A stretch of 64,000 bases of DNA from contig JAJEAO010000006.1 in NCBI GenBank assembly GCA_022822745.1, forward strand, positions 9,509 through 73,508. The letters run 5' to 3'. The notes under the pieces were generated by a model, which did not search any database, was not told the origin of the DNA, and saw only the letters and a program-made list of their open reading frames with translations. The stretch is from Acidobacteriota bacterium (GTDB lineage: Bacteria; Acidobacteriota; Vicinamibacteria; Marinacidobacterales; Marinacidobacteraceae). Positions 45,589 to 55,387 of the stretch are shown in pieces. How positions within the stretch are numbered: the stretch's first letter is position 1; every line of letters begins with the position of its first letter. A program made the position numbers and the translations under genes.

Positions 45589-47448
45589 TCAGCGGATGCG
45601 CGGGGTGAGGAAGATGAGCAGCTCGTCGTCGCGGCGGGATTCCTCGCGGGACCGGAACAGATGACCCAGGAGCGGGATGCGGTGGAGCCCGGGAACCCGG
45701 CCGCTGCGGTCGGACTCCCGCCGGGCGAAGACACCGCCGACGACCGTGGTTTCGCCGTCGGCGACGCGGACCCGGGTCGTGGCTCTCTGGGTCACGATGC
45801 TGGGGATTCCCCCGACGGCCTGGCCGAAGTCGAGGCTGTCGTTGCTGACTTCGAGATCGAGCAGCACCGTGCCGCCGGGACTGACCTGCGGGGTGACGGT
45901 CAGTTCGAGGACGGCATCCTGGAACTGGACGGTGACCGTGTTGTTCGCCACGACTTGCACCGGGAACGTGACGCCCTGCTTGATCGTGGCGGGACGGGCG
46001 TTCTGCGCCACGATCCGGGGGGCGGACAGGATCCGGACCTCTCCATCCCGCTCGGCGGCGGCGAGGACGAAGTCGAGATGGGCGAGGCCGTCGAGCGCGC
46101 CAAGCGCGAGTCCGAGAGCGCCGGTCGGGAGATCGCTGATCGGGAGATCCACGCCGTAGCCCGGCCGGGCTCCTTCCTCGTCGGCAGGTGGCAGGACGCC
46201 GCCGCTCCCCGGCGTGGCGAACGACGAGGTGCCGGACCCGATCGCGTCGCCGCCGACCACGACCGACTGGGGAAACCGCTTGCCGGTGCGCGGCTCGATG
46301 AGCCCCCCGCCCCACTGGATACCCAGCTCCTGGGACAGCGTCCTCGACGCGAGGACGATGCGCGCCTCGATCTCGACCCCCGGAACCGGAATGTCGAGGG
46401 CGTCCATCAGGTCGGTGATTTCCTCCACCCGGCTCCGGACATCCCGCAGCAGCACCGTGCCGGTGCGCGGGTCCGCCACCAGGACGCCCCGCTCGCTCAG
46501 GCGCGCCTCCAGCACCTCGCGCACTTCCTCCGGTCGGACATAGGCGAGGCGGCGACGCACCGCCACGATCTCGCCGGCGAGATCCCGGGCTTCGGCGTGA
46601 AGCTGCAGATCCCGCCGCTCCTCCACCAGATCGGCGAGAGGGCCCACGCGCAGCACGCCGCCCTCGGTCAGATAGCCGAGCCGGTGGGAGCGCAGGATGA
46701 CTTCGAGGGCCTGGTCCCACGGGGTCTCGGTCAGTCGCACGGAGACGCGCCCGGTGACGCCCGGCTGAAGCACGAAGTCATAGCCGCTGACCTCGCTCAG
46801 GATCCGCAGCACATCGCGGAGATCGGCGTCGCGAAAGTCCAGACTGACCGGAGTCGCGGGTTCGTCGGGGTTCGGGGCCTCTCCCCGCGGATCCGCATCC
46901 GGGTCGCCCCCCGCATCCGGTGACGCGACGTCTTCCGGGTCGGACAGTTCAGTGTCGGTGGGTTCGGGGACGGACGGTTCCGGGTCTGGCCCGTCGTCGG
47001 GGCCGGACGCCGGCTCCGAGGTGACGGCGTCGGTCAGCGGGAGGACGATCGCCTCCGGCGGATCCTCGGCGCGGCACCGGACCTCGAGCCCGGACTCCCT
47101 CCGGTCCAGATCGCAGGAGACCCCCGGCCGCAGCTCGAGTTCGAGCCCGGCGCCCCCGGTGTTGTCGGCGCCCACCCGCACGGCCACGACCTCATTCGTC
47201 GCCGCGTTCCACCCCCCGGTGACTTCGCTCAGATCCGAGAAGGGCAGCAGGACGCCGAACCGGGTGCCGGCGCGGACCACCGCGGCGGCTTCCAGAGGCC
47301 CGTCCGCGCCGAGCCGCACGACCGTCTCTCCGGGATCCTGGCGAAGCTCCAGCCGACGAACGGCGCTCGCCGTCCGGTCCGACTGCGCGGCGGCGGCGAC
47401 GGGCAGCAGGCCCGCGATGAGGACGAGCCGGAACGCGGCGCCAGTCAT
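45589..47448 (-). CDS. pilQ: Type IV pilus secretin
   Basis: Signal peptide, an AMIN-like N-terminus and the C-terminal secretin domain (VLSAPRIVAQNARPATIKQG...VVGGVF...IPLLGHLFRSR...LLIFLTPRI). Confidence 0.9.
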   Translation of the reverse strand: MTGAAFRLVLIAGLLPVAAAAQSDRTASAVRRLELRQDPGETVVRLGADGPLEAAAVVRAGTRFGVLLPFSDLSEVTGGWNAATNEVVAVRVGADNTGGAGLELELRPGVSCDLDRRESGLEVRCRAEDPPEAIVLPLTDAVTSEPASGPDDGPDPEPSVPEPTDTELSDPEDVASPDAGGDPDADPRGEAPNPDEPATPVSLDFRDADLRDVLRILSEVSGYDFVLQPGVTGRVSVRLTETPWDQALEVILRSHRLGYLTEGGVLRVGPLADLVEERRDLQLHAEARDLAGEIVAVRRRLAYVRPEEVREVLEARLSERGVLVADPRTGTVLLRDVRSRVEEITDLMDALDIPVPGVEIEARIVLASRTLSQELGIQWGGGLIEPRTGKRFPQSVVVGGDAIGSGTSSFATPGSGGVLPPADEEGARPGYGVDLPISDLPTGALGLALGALDGLAHLDFVLAAAERDGEVRILSAPRIVAQNARPATIKQGVTFPVQVVANNTVTVQFQDAVLELTVTPQVSPGGTVLLDLEVSNDSLDFGQAVGGIPSIVTQRATTRVRVADGETTVVGGVFARRESDRSGRVPGLHRIPLLGHLFRSREESRRDDELLIFLTPRIR

Positions 47449-47867
47449 CGTGCGCTCCCGCGGGGCTCGACCGGCTCCGTTCCGGCGCCGACAGGCGCGA
47501 AGAGCTCGCGGTTCGCCTCGCCGAAACGCCGGAACACCGCGCCCCCGATTTCCACGCGCTCGAGGAAGCCATCGAGAAGCCGGTCCCCGGGCGCGACGAT
47601 GAAGCCGACGCCCTCCGCGGTCTCGAGGACGGCAAGGCCGCGGGGCCGCCCCTCGCGGACCTCGGGGGTCAGGATCAGGACGCCGCGGACCGCGGTTTCG
47701 CTGATCCGCACTCCGGCGAGCCCGGGAGGCCGGGGCGCCGCGGCGCGGCCCGCCGGCCAGGAGAAGGGATCGCGGGCCTCGGCCTCCTGACGGGAACCGG
47801 CGGGGGACGCGAATCCGAGGACGAAGACGAGCAGGGCGCCGAGGAAGGCGCCAGACCTCCAGACCAT
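47445..47867 (-). CDS. pilP: PilP-like pilus assembly lipoprotein
   Basis: Small signal-peptide protein in the position between pilO and pilQ, with ATGA overlap to pilQ. This is a positional/size call with weak sequence support. Confidence 0.55.
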   Translation of the reverse strand: MVWRSGAFLGALLVFVLGFASPAGSRQEAEARDPFSWPAGRAAAPRPPGLAGVRISETAVRGVLILTPEVREGRPRGLAVLETAEGVGFIVAPGDRLLDGFLERVEIGGAVFRRFGEANRELFAPVGAGTEPVEPRGSAR

Positions 47868-47883
47868 GAAAGACCTCCTTCGG

Positions 47884-48447
47884 TCAACGGGACGGCGGAA
47901 AGGGGGGACCGGGAGCGGTCACTGCGACGGCGGTCAGGCGAGCCCGAATCGTTCCCCCGGACTCGCCCAGGCTCTCGAAGTCCGCCTCCTCGATCACGAT
48001 GAGATGGGGTAGTCGGGCGACCCGCTCGACGAACCCGAGGAGCTCGAAGAAGCCGCCCTCGGCGGTCAGCACCACGGCGCGCGCCCGAAAGCGGTCGAGG
48101 AGCATCCCGGCCTCCGGGGCAAACCGGACGATCCGGACCCGCTCGCGGGCGGCGGCGGCCCGCAGCGCGTGGAGCAGGTCGTCGGGTTCGGCCGGAGGAG
48201 CGAACAGCGCCCAGGCGGACTCGACGCGGGCGCGGCGTTGCGACAGCTCCTCCTCCAGCCGTTCCGCTTCGGCCGCCAGATCCTCGGCGGTCCCGACCGG
48301 ATCGCTCTCGAGACGCGCGACCTCCCGGGCGGCCGCCTCGGCGGCGGCCCGCCGGGAGGGGTGGATCAGGAGCGAAAAGACGCCGGCGGTGAGACCGGCG
48401 AAGAGCAGGAAGGCCAGACACGAGGTCCACGGGCGGGCGCGCGACAT
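47884..48447 (-). CDS. pilO: PilO-like pilus assembly protein
   Basis: N-terminal TM then a coiled-coil and a periplasmic domain; operon position. Confidence 0.65.
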   Translation of the reverse strand: MSRARPWTSCLAFLLFAGLTAGVFSLLIHPSRRAAAEAAAREVARLESDPVGTAEDLAAEAERLEEELSQRRARVESAWALFAPPAEPDDLLHALRAAAARERVRIVRFAPEAGMLLDRFRARAVVLTAEGGFFELLGFVERVARLPHLIVIEEADFESLGESGGTIRARLTAVAVTAPGPPFPPSR

Positions 48448-49088
48448 CAGCGATCCGGGCCCTCCACCGGCGCAACCGCCCCGAAGGGCGCCGGTTCGGG
48501 GGAGGAATACCCGAGGATCCCCTCGAGCGCGAAGCGCTGCGCGCCTCCGGCGGGCAGATCCTCCGAGTCCCCGGGAGGACGATCTGCCCCCGCGTCCCGC
48601 TCGACGAACAGGAGATCGAGCTGCGCGACGGGATCGAGGCGTCCGAGCTCGCGCACCGCCGCCGTCACCGCATCGCCGGAAGCCGCGCGCCCGGTGATCG
48701 CGAACCCGCGTCCGTCCCGACGGAGGCTGTCGAGAACCACGTCATCGCGCAGCCGACCGGAGAGGCCACGCAGGAGCGTGGCCAGGATCTCGCGCTCCTC
48801 GACCCAGCGGGCCACCCGGCGTTCGAGCCGACCGGCCCGCTCGTGGGCCTCGCGGGCGGCCAGCAGTCGCGCCTCGGCCTGCTCCCGGTCCCGGGCCGCC
48901 TGGCGCAGTCGCGCCAGCTCGATTTCCGCGGCCTGCCGGCGGCGATCCATCGAGCGGCTCTCGAAGACGCCCCAGGCGGCGGCCGCGAGGATCAGGAACA
49001 CGCCGACGGCCGTGACGAGTCGGGACGGCGCCGCCGGAATCCCGATCCGGGGCCGGTTTCGCCGTGGCGCGGCGGAGCCCAGGTTCAC
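48447..49088 (-). CDS. pilN: PilN-like pilus assembly protein
   Basis: TM helix VTAVGVFLILAAAAWGV followed by a coiled-coil. GTG start at 49088 with GTGA overlap on pilM; the R-rich extension is rejected. Confidence 0.7.
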   Translation of the reverse strand: MNLGSAAPRRNRPRIGIPAAPSRLVTAVGVFLILAAAAWGVFESRSMDRRRQAAEIELARLRQAARDREQAEARLLAAREAHERAGRLERRVARWVEEREILATLLRGLSGRLRDDVVLDSLRRDGRGFAITGRAASGDAVTAAVRELGRLDPVAQLDLLFVERDAGADRPPGDSEDLPAGGAQRFALEGILGYSSPEPAPFGAVAPVEGPDR

Positions 49089-50188
49089 GGCGAACCTCGC
49101 CGGGCCCGGACCGCCGCCCGGACCTGGATCCAGGCCAGTCCGGCGGCGATCGCGAAGGCCGGTCCGCCGGGGGAATCTCCGGCGCCGGCCTCCACGCCCT
49201 CCGCGCCGGGCCGGCGGAGCCCGGCGAGCGGGTCGAGAACGGACGGCCCGCCTCCGAGGGCCGCCCGAGCCCCCTCGGGAAGGGCGCCGCCTCCGCTGAC
49301 CCACACGCGGGCGGCGGAGCGGACCCCGGCTTCTCGGAGTCCCTCGCGAAACGCGGCGACGATCCGCGCGGCCGCCCCCGAGTCACCGGCCGCGTCCCGG
49401 CGCCCGTTCTCCCGCGCCGGGAGGGAGAGCGCGTCGTTCGCCAGCGGCGGCGCCTCGACGCTCGCGAGAAGGTCTCCCGGCCCCTCGTCCCCGGGCGAAT
49501 CGGCGAAGATGTGGACGGATGCCCGGCGGGCGCCCAGTTCGACGAACGCCGCAGGACCCGGAGGCGACGGAGCCCCGTCTCCGTCGCCCACCACCCCTCG
49601 CAGGCGAGCGGCCGCGAACAGCGCGTACGGTTCGAGGTCCACGCGGGTCGTCTGCCTCCCGCAGCGGGTGACCGCGTCGCAGTGGGCCCGCACCATCTCC
49701 CGGGGAGCCGCCCCGAACACGATCGCCTTCGGGGGGCCGGTCTCGGGGCCGTCTTCGCCGTCCGCGGTGGCCTCGCCGCCGGCCGCGGGTGGCGAGGCGA
49801 CCCAGTCGAACTCGAGCGACTCGATGTGGAACGGCACGTGCCGCGCCGCCTCCTGCGCGACCGCGTCGCGGAAGTCGGGCGACGCCGGATCAGCGGCCGG
49901 AGGCGGGAGCCGGCGAATGAAGACCGAGCTGCCGCCGACCGCGACCGCCACCTCCCGGGTCCGGGCGCCGATCCGGGTGAGCAGCCGGCCGAGCGCGTCG
50001 CCGACTTCGTCCGGATCGCTCGTCATCCCGTCGGAGATCGAGCCGGGAGGCAACGGCTCCCGGCCCGCCCCGACGAGGAACGGGCCGTCCCGGTCCCAGC
50101 CGAGCTCGACCGCCTTCACGCCCGCCGAGCCGATGTCCACGCCGATGCCGGAGAGAGGTTTCCGGAGTCCGAAGGGAATCTGCGCCAT
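49085..50188 (-). CDS. pilM: Type IV pilus assembly ATPase-fold protein
   Basis: Actin/FtsA-like fold beginning GIGVDIGSAGVKAVEL; 367 aa. Confidence 0.85.
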   Translation of the reverse strand: MAQIPFGLRKPLSGIGVDIGSAGVKAVELGWDRDGPFLVGAGREPLPPGSISDGMTSDPDEVGDALGRLLTRIGARTREVAVAVGGSSVFIRRLPPPAADPASPDFRDAVAQEAARHVPFHIESLEFDWVASPPAAGGEATADGEDGPETGPPKAIVFGAAPREMVRAHCDAVTRCGRQTTRVDLEPYALFAAARLRGVVGDGDGAPSPPGPAAFVELGARRASVHIFADSPGDEGPGDLLASVEAPPLANDALSLPARENGRRDAAGDSGAAARIVAAFREGLREAGVRSAARVWVSGGGALPEGARAALGGGPSVLDPLAGLRRPGAEGVEAGAGDSPGGPAFAIAAGLAWIQVRAAVRARRGSP

Positions 50189-50210
50189 GCCCGGGGAATG
50201 ACGCAGCGGC

Positions 50211-50260
50211 GGGTCGAAAATCCCGTTTTCGGGCGCTTTGTCGAAAACCGGGCGCCTCGC
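50211..50260. promoter_or_regulatory. Alternating inverted-repeat element (GGGTCGAAAATCCCGTTTTCGGGcgctttGTCGAAAACCGGG) 20-70 nt upstream of pilM; paralogous to the element at 32221-32275
   Basis: Read directly; about 30 of 35 positions are identical to the minor-pilin copy. Confidence 0.6.
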
Positions 50261-50390
50261 CCGGACTTACCAGCCCCGGAAAGCGCCCGACGGGTGCTCC
50301 GGGGCCGCCCTCCCGGCGATTCGGACGCTCCCCCGAGCCGGTCGGATCAGAGCAGAAGCGCTGCCGAAAGCACCGCCTCGAACGCGGCCC

Positions 50391-50450
50391 GTGCGGAGCG
50401 CGAACAGTCCGGGTTGGTCCGTGCGGGGCAGGAGCGATCCGGGCTTGTCC
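50391..50450. repeat. 2x30-nt tandem repeat (gtgcggRgcRMgaRcRRtccgggYttgtcc) in the pilM upstream region
   Basis: Copies at 50391-50420 and 50421-50450. Confidence 0.8.
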
Positions 50451-50482
50451 GGGCCGCCGGCGAGGGGCCGGGGCCCCGCCGC

Positions 50483-51664
50483 TCAATCCGGAGGGGGCTC
50501 GGCGTGCTCTTCCTCTTCCACGCCGCACCGGATCGGCCAGTCGCCCGCGGGGATCCGCACCCGGGGCGCGAGGCTCAGCCTGGCGACCCGACCGCCGGGA
50601 AGCGGCTCCCACCACCGGCTGCGAGCCGTGTCGAGGCAGTCGCTGCGGCCGTGCCCGAAGTAGTCGTCGCGGCCCCGATCGATCACGGCCTCCGGGCGCT
50701 GCACCCGATCCTGCTTCGTGTACATCAGATCGGCGGGATCATCGCCCACATGGGAACCCGGGATGTGATTGGGGGCGCAGGGATCCACGGCTCGGAAGAC
50801 ATGGAGCAGCTCGTGAACCATGACGGCTTCGAACGTGGAGATCTCGTCCGGGTCGGCCCCGAGCGTGGCGTCGCTGCAGGACAGGTACACCGCGGCGCCC
50901 GGGCCGCCGAATGGAGCGCTGCCGCACACGCCTGCCTGCCTGCCGTCGTAGTAGATGGCGTAGATCTTGTCCGGGTCGAGACCCATCGCGGCCTCGATCT
51001 CGTCGGTCAGCCCATGCACCAGCCCTCCGGCCTGGCCGTCGCCTTCCTGGTGGGTGAACGACACGCGCAGGAAGCTCACGTCGAGCTCGCCCCCGTAGGT
51101 GTCCAGTTTCAGCCGGTACCCGATTTCCTCGGCCAGCCAGTTCTGGATCGCCTCGAAGGATGTCGCGACATCCCCCCACCGGTCCAGGTTCCGATCCTCC
51201 CGGTCGCTCGGGACCGCGTACACGGCGTGGATCTGGGGCCCCTCGAAGTCGTCCGGTCGGTCGCGGGTCGAGCGATCGTCGGGCTCGGAAACCTCGAGGA
51301 CCACGGAGGATGAGAACATCTCGAAACTCGCGGTGATTTCCGCCGACCCAGCCCCTTCCCCGGTGACGACCCCCTCCGCATCCACCGAAGCCACCGCCTC
51401 GTCCGAGGAGGACCAGCTCGCCGCCAGCGTGCCGGTCGTGCCGTTGTCGTAGAGACCGTAGGCCACCAGAGGGGCCAGGGTCTGGCCGATCCTCAACGAG
51501 GCCCGCGGGGCGACGATCTCGAGGCCGGTGAGCTGCCGCGCGACGGCTTCCGGCGCCTGCGGGGTGACGGCGTTGCCGCTGTCGCCGCCCCCGCACGACA
51601 GGCACAGGCCGGTGACGAGCGGGAGCAGGGCCGCGGGGATCCGATGGGTCCGCCTGATCGTCAT
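50483..51664 (-). CDS. Secreted HExxH zinc metallopeptidase lipoprotein with an N-terminal Big_2 (bacterial Ig-like) domain
   Basis: Lipobox LVTGLCLSC; Big_2-like VDAEGVVTGEGAGSAEITAS; HELLHVF zinc motif. The ATG at 51664 follows GGAGGTGA 9 nt upstream; the 230-aa R-rich ORF extension is rejected. Confidence 0.7.
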   Translation of the reverse strand: MTIRRTHRIPAALLPLVTGLCLSCGGGDSGNAVTPQAPEAVARQLTGLEIVAPRASLRIGQTLAPLVAYGLYDNGTTGTLAASWSSSDEAVASVDAEGVVTGEGAGSAEITASFEMFSSSVVLEVSEPDDRSTRDRPDDFEGPQIHAVYAVPSDREDRNLDRWGDVATSFEAIQNWLAEEIGYRLKLDTYGGELDVSFLRVSFTHQEGDGQAGGLVHGLTDEIEAAMGLDPDKIYAIYYDGRQAGVCGSAPFGGPGAAVYLSCSDATLGADPDEISTFEAVMVHELLHVFRAVDPCAPNHIPGSHVGDDPADLMYTKQDRVQRPEAVIDRGRDDYFGHGRSDCLDTARSRWWEPLPGGRVARLSLAPRVRIPAGDWPIRCGVEEEEHAEPPPD

Positions 51665-51672
51665 CGTCCGGT

Positions 51673-52287
51673 TCACCTCCCCGCTTCTCCCGCTGCGAAG
51701 TCTGCCGTACCACAGCGGGGACACAGCGGAGCGTGGCGGAAGCAGGAGACGACGTGGTCGTTCACGAGACCGGTCGCCTGCATGTGGGCGTAGAGGATCG
51801 TGCTCCCCACGAAGCGGAAACCGCGCCGTTTCATGGCCCGGGTGAGCGCGTCGGATGCCTCCGAAGTCGCCGGTACGTCCTCGTCCTTCTCCCGGCACGG
51901 AGGCGTCGAGCGGGCGGTGACGGTCGAGAGGAACGCGAGGAAACTCCCGAACTCCCGCCGGACCTCGAGGAACCGGGCGGCGTTGTTCACCGCCGCTTCC
52001 ACCTTGGCCCGGTTTCGCACGATGCCGGGGTTTCGCAGCAGCCGCTCCACCGTCGCCCGATCGAACCGGGCGACCGCCTCCGGGTCGAAGCCGGCGAAGG
52101 CCTCCCGGTAGCCTTCGCGGCGCTTCAGGATCGTCGCCCACGAGAGGCCGGCCTGGGCCGACTCGAGGACGAGGAACTCGAACTGCGCCCGGTCGTCCAG
52201 CGCGGGAACGCCCCACTCCTCGTCGTGGTAGCGGACGCCGGCCGGGAAGGACGCTTCCGCCCACCCGCAGCGGACGAGGCCGGTCAT
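51673..52287 (-). CDS. tag: DNA-3-methyladenine glycosylase I
   Basis: RCGWAEASFPAGVRYHDEEWGVP...FEFLVLESAQAGLSWATILKRRE..., with a C-terminal Cys/His-rich extension. Confidence 0.85.
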   Translation of the reverse strand: MTGLVRCGWAEASFPAGVRYHDEEWGVPALDDRAQFEFLVLESAQAGLSWATILKRREGYREAFAGFDPEAVARFDRATVERLLRNPGIVRNRAKVEAAVNNAARFLEVRREFGSFLAFLSTVTARSTPPCREKDEDVPATSEASDALTRAMKRRGFRFVGSTILYAHMQATGLVNDHVVSCFRHAPLCPRCGTADFAAGEAGR

Positions 52288-52865
52288 TCCCTCGGGAGGC
52301 CGTCCTCGTAGGCGACGATCCGCTCCTCGTGCGAGAGGAGGAAGTCCAGGGGCGAGAGCCCGGTGAGCAGGCAGCGCCGGGCGAACGGGTCCAGCGTGAA
52401 GCGGGCCGAGCCGCCCCCGGGGAAGGTCGCCACCCCGGTTTCCAGCGCGATCGAGACCTCCGCGCCCGGCGACGCGACCAGTTCGGCGTGCGCCGCGGCA
52501 TCGAGCTCCACCGGCGCGAGACCGTTGCGGGCTGCGTTCCCCCGGAAGATGTCGGCGAACGAGGTGCTGATCACCGCCTCGAATCCGGCGTCCACGAGCG
52601 CCCACGGGGCGTGCTCGCGGGACGAGCCGCAGCCGAAGTTGGCCCCCGCGACGAGGATTCGGGCGCCCTCCGCCTCGGGACGGTTCAGCGGAAAGTCGGG
52701 CCGGAGGGACCCCGACGCGTCCCGCCGCCAGTCGGCGAAGAGGCCGGCGCCGAGTCCCTCGCGCGTCGTCGCGGTGAGGAACCGCGCCGGGATGATCTGA
52801 TCCGTGTCCACGTGGTCCCCCGGGAGAACGACGGTGCGGGAGACGATGCGGCTCAGGGGCTTCAT
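52284..52865 (-). CDS. leuD: 3-isopropylmalate dehydratase small subunit
   Basis: VLPGDHVDTDQIIPARFL...ILVAGANFGCGSSREHAPWAL. Confidence 0.9.
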   Translation of the reverse strand: MKPLSRIVSRTVVLPGDHVDTDQIIPARFLTATTREGLGAGLFADWRRDASGSLRPDFPLNRPEAEGARILVAGANFGCGSSREHAPWALVDAGFEAVISTSFADIFRGNAARNGLAPVELDAAAHAELVASPGAEVSIALETGVATFPGGGSARFTLDPFARRCLLTGLSPLDFLLSHEERIVAYEDGLPRE

Positions 52866-52878
52866 GGGTTCTCGAGGA

Positions 52879-54276
52879 TCAGGGATCCAGCCAGGGGCGG
52901 GGGTCGCTGACCGCGCCGGCGAGAGCGGAGGCGGCGGCGGTGGCGGGCGATGCGAGGATGGTGCGGCCGCCGGGACCCTGCCGGCCCTCGAAGTTGCGGT
53001 TCGATGTGGAGACCGCGAGTTCTCCGGAGCGGAGGTGATCCCCGTTCATGCCGATGCACATCGAGCAGCCCGGCGCCCTCCACTCCGCGCCGGCGGCGAG
53101 GAACGCCTCATCGAGCCGTTCCGCGCGCGCCTGCTCGCGCACGGAAGCGGAACCGGGCACGACGAGCACCCGCGTGCCGGGATGCACCCGGCGGCCGCGG
53201 AGGACTCCCGCCGCGACGCGCAGATCCGAAATCCTCGCGTTGGTGCAGCTTCCGATGAACACGACATCCACCGGCCGACCCGCGAGCGGCCGACCCGGCT
53301 CGAGTCCCATGTAGTCGAGCGCCGCCCGGGCCTCGGGCCCGCGCGGCTCCGGAAGCGGCTCGCTGACGCCGCAGGCCATCGAGGGGTTCGTGCCCCAGGT
53401 CACCATCGGCTCGAGACGCGAAGCGTCGAAGTGGAGTTCGGCGTCGAAGCGGGCATCCTCATCGGTGGCCAGCCTCCGCCAGCCTTCCACGGCGCGATCG
53501 AACCCGTCGCCCCGGGGAACCATCTCGCGGCCTTCGAGCCAGGCGAAGGTCTCGTCATCGGGGCCGACGAGCCCGGCGCGAGCCCCCGCCTCGATGGACA
53601 TGTTGCAAACGGTCATCCGCGCCTCCATGCCCAGACGACGGATCGCGGGACCCCGGTACTCGATCACGTGACCGCGCCCCGCCGCGACTCCGAACCGCGC
53701 GATCAGGCCCAGGATCAAATCCTTGGCGGAGACCCCGGGACGGAGCGCGCCGGAGACCTCGATGGACAGCGTGCGGGGACGCGACTGGAGCAGGCACTGG
53801 GACGCGAGAACCTGCGCCACCTCGCTGGTGCCGATCCCGAACGCCCAGGCCCCGAAGGCGCCGTGGGTGCTCGTGTGGCTGTCGCCGCACACGATCGTGC
53901 GCCCCGGCTGCGTGAGCCCCATCTCGGGGCCGATCACGTGGACGATCCCCTGCCCCGGATCCCCGGCCCGGAACAGGGGAACGCGGTGGCGGACGCAGTT
54001 CCTCTCGAGCGTCTCGACCTGGCGCCGGGTGGCGGCGTTCAGCCACGCCGGGCGGCCGCCGGTCTGCCGGGTGGGAATCGAGTGGTCCACCGTGGCCCAG
54101 GTCCGGTCGGGCCGGCGGACGGGCAGCCCCCGGTCCCGAAGCATCGAAAACGCCTGCGGCGAGGTCACCTCGTGGATCAGGTGAACATCCACGTAAACGA
54201 CGGCGGGGTGATCGGCGGCCTCCGGGACGACCGTGTGGGCCTCCCAGATCCGGTCGAAGAGCGTTCGCGGTCTCAT
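52879..54276 (-). CDS. leuC: 3-isopropylmalate dehydratase large subunit
   Basis: [38 protein letters not shown] and [11 protein letters not shown]; 465 aa. I chose the start at MRPRTLF (54276). Confidence 0.95.
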   Translation of the reverse strand: MRPRTLFDRIWEAHTVVPEAADHPAVVYVDVHLIHEVTSPQAFSMLRDRGLPVRRPDRTWATVDHSIPTRQTGGRPAWLNAATRRQVETLERNCVRHRVPLFRAGDPGQGIVHVIGPEMGLTQPGRTIVCGDSHTSTHGAFGAWAFGIGTSEVAQVLASQCLLQSRPRTLSIEVSGALRPGVSAKDLILGLIARFGVAAGRGHVIEYRGPAIRRLGMEARMTVCNMSIEAGARAGLVGPDDETFAWLEGREMVPRGDGFDRAVEGWRRLATDEDARFDAELHFDASRLEPMVTWGTNPSMACGVSEPLPEPRGPEARAALDYMGLEPGRPLAGRPVDVVFIGSCTNARISDLRVAAGVLRGRRVHPGTRVLVVPGSASVREQARAERLDEAFLAAGAEWRAPGCSMCIGMNGDHLRSGELAVSTSNRNFEGRQGPGGRTILASPATAAASALAGAVSDPRPWLDP

Positions 54277-54803
54277 CGCCCGCCCCGCCCCCGCCGGGCC
54301 CGGATCCGGGCCCGATTCTCCGCGTCGCGGACCTTCCACCGACGCTCCGCCTCCGCCGACGCTGCGACCAGGACGACGCCGACGAGAAGCGCGACGCGCG
54401 GAGTCTCCTCCCAGCCGCCTGCCGGATCCACCTCGGCGAGACGGCGACAGATCGCTTCCGGGTCGCGCTCGATCCGCATCCGGTCGAGCGCATCGTCGGA
54501 GAGGCGGCCGAGCGGCGAATCGTCGTCGCCGAGGGCGAGCAGACGACTCCCGGCGACGCCAAGCGCGGCGGTCTCCTCCGGCTTGAGGACCTGCTCCCCC
54601 AGCCGACTCGCTCGTCTCGCCTCCCGCTCGGCGAGAAGCTTCCGAGCCGTCTCCTTCCAGACCCGAAGGGGATGGCGCACCGCCACCCGCGGCCCTACGA
54701 GCGCCGGCAGCCCGGCGGGATCCTCGAGCGCCTCCACCTGGCGGAGACGACGGGCCGAATGCCTCCGGAGCGAGGTGCGGGCGGGGACCGGGGAAGCGGG
54801 CAC
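54273..54803 (-). CDS. Hypothetical protein with a C-terminal TM segment, translationally coupled upstream of leuC
   Basis: ATGA overlap with leuC. No recognisable family, so it could be a high-GC artefact. Confidence 0.3.
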   Translation of the reverse strand: MPASPVPARTSLRRHSARRLRQVEALEDPAGLPALVGPRVAVRHPLRVWKETARKLLAEREARRASRLGEQVLKPEETAALGVAGSRLLALGDDDSPLGRLSDDALDRMRIERDPEAICRRLAEVDPAGGWEETPRVALLVGVVLVAASAEAERRWKVRDAENRARIRARRGRGGR

Positions 54804-54928
54804 GGACGGGAGGGCGCGGGAGAGTAGCAGCGGGGCGCGGCGGGGCCTCGAGGCCGTGTACGGGCCGACCGCTAGCGACCGGCTCCCGGGGGTGGCGGCC
54901 TCGGCGTCGCCCGGCTAAAGTCACAGCC

Positions 54929-55216
54929 ATGCGCGAGACCCGGAACACCATCGCCCTCACGGCGGTCATCATCGCGGCCGCCGGATTCCTCGGCCTGGGG
55001 CAGCGGGACATCCGCGCGGACCTCCGCGCCGCGACCGACGATCGCTCCGCGATCCGGGCGGAAGTCGCCGATGTCCGGGCGGAAGTCGCCGATGTCCGCG
55101 CCGAGCTCGCCGACCTTCGGGCCGACTTCCGGGCGCTGGCGCAGCGCGTCGCGCGGATCGAAGGCGCCCTGCCCTTCCTCGCCGAGCAACCGGGAGCCGG
55201 GGACGCCAGCCGCTAG
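54929..55216 (+). CDS. Small membrane-anchored coiled-coil protein with an internal heptad-like repeat
   Basis: N-terminal TM ([16 protein letters not shown]) then [26 protein letters not shown], encoded by a 2x21-nt tandem repeat (55055-55096). Confidence 0.4.
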   Translation: MRETRNTIALTAVIIAAAGFLGLGQRDIRADLRAATDDRSAIRAEVADVRAEVADVRAELADLRADFRALAQRVARIEGALPFLAEQPGAGDASR

Positions 55217-55387
55217 CCGGTCGCAGTCCCGGGAAGGCTCACCCGCTCCCGGCATCCCCCACTGCCAGAGAGGGTGGCCCGTACAGAGGGTGGACCCGTA
55301 CTACAATCCGGTGACACGCGGGGAACATGAAACCGGGTTCGGACCCGCCGTTCCCGGATCCCTCCCCTGCCGAGCATCTCCCGCCCC

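Noticed and set aside
50483-52501. Full 672-aa ORF for the Big_2 metallopeptidase, and analogous R-rich N-terminal extensions of pilY1 (to 31363), pilN (to 49304), the PilI-like permease (to 35444), tatA (to 25493), pyrG (from 38509), tag (to 52605) and leuC (to 55011)
   Set aside because: The extensions are Arg-rich junk upstream of an internal start that yields a signal peptide or the conserved family N-terminus. In several cases this internal start is preceded by a GGAGG-like RBS or sits in an ATGA/GTGA overlap with the neighbouring gene.
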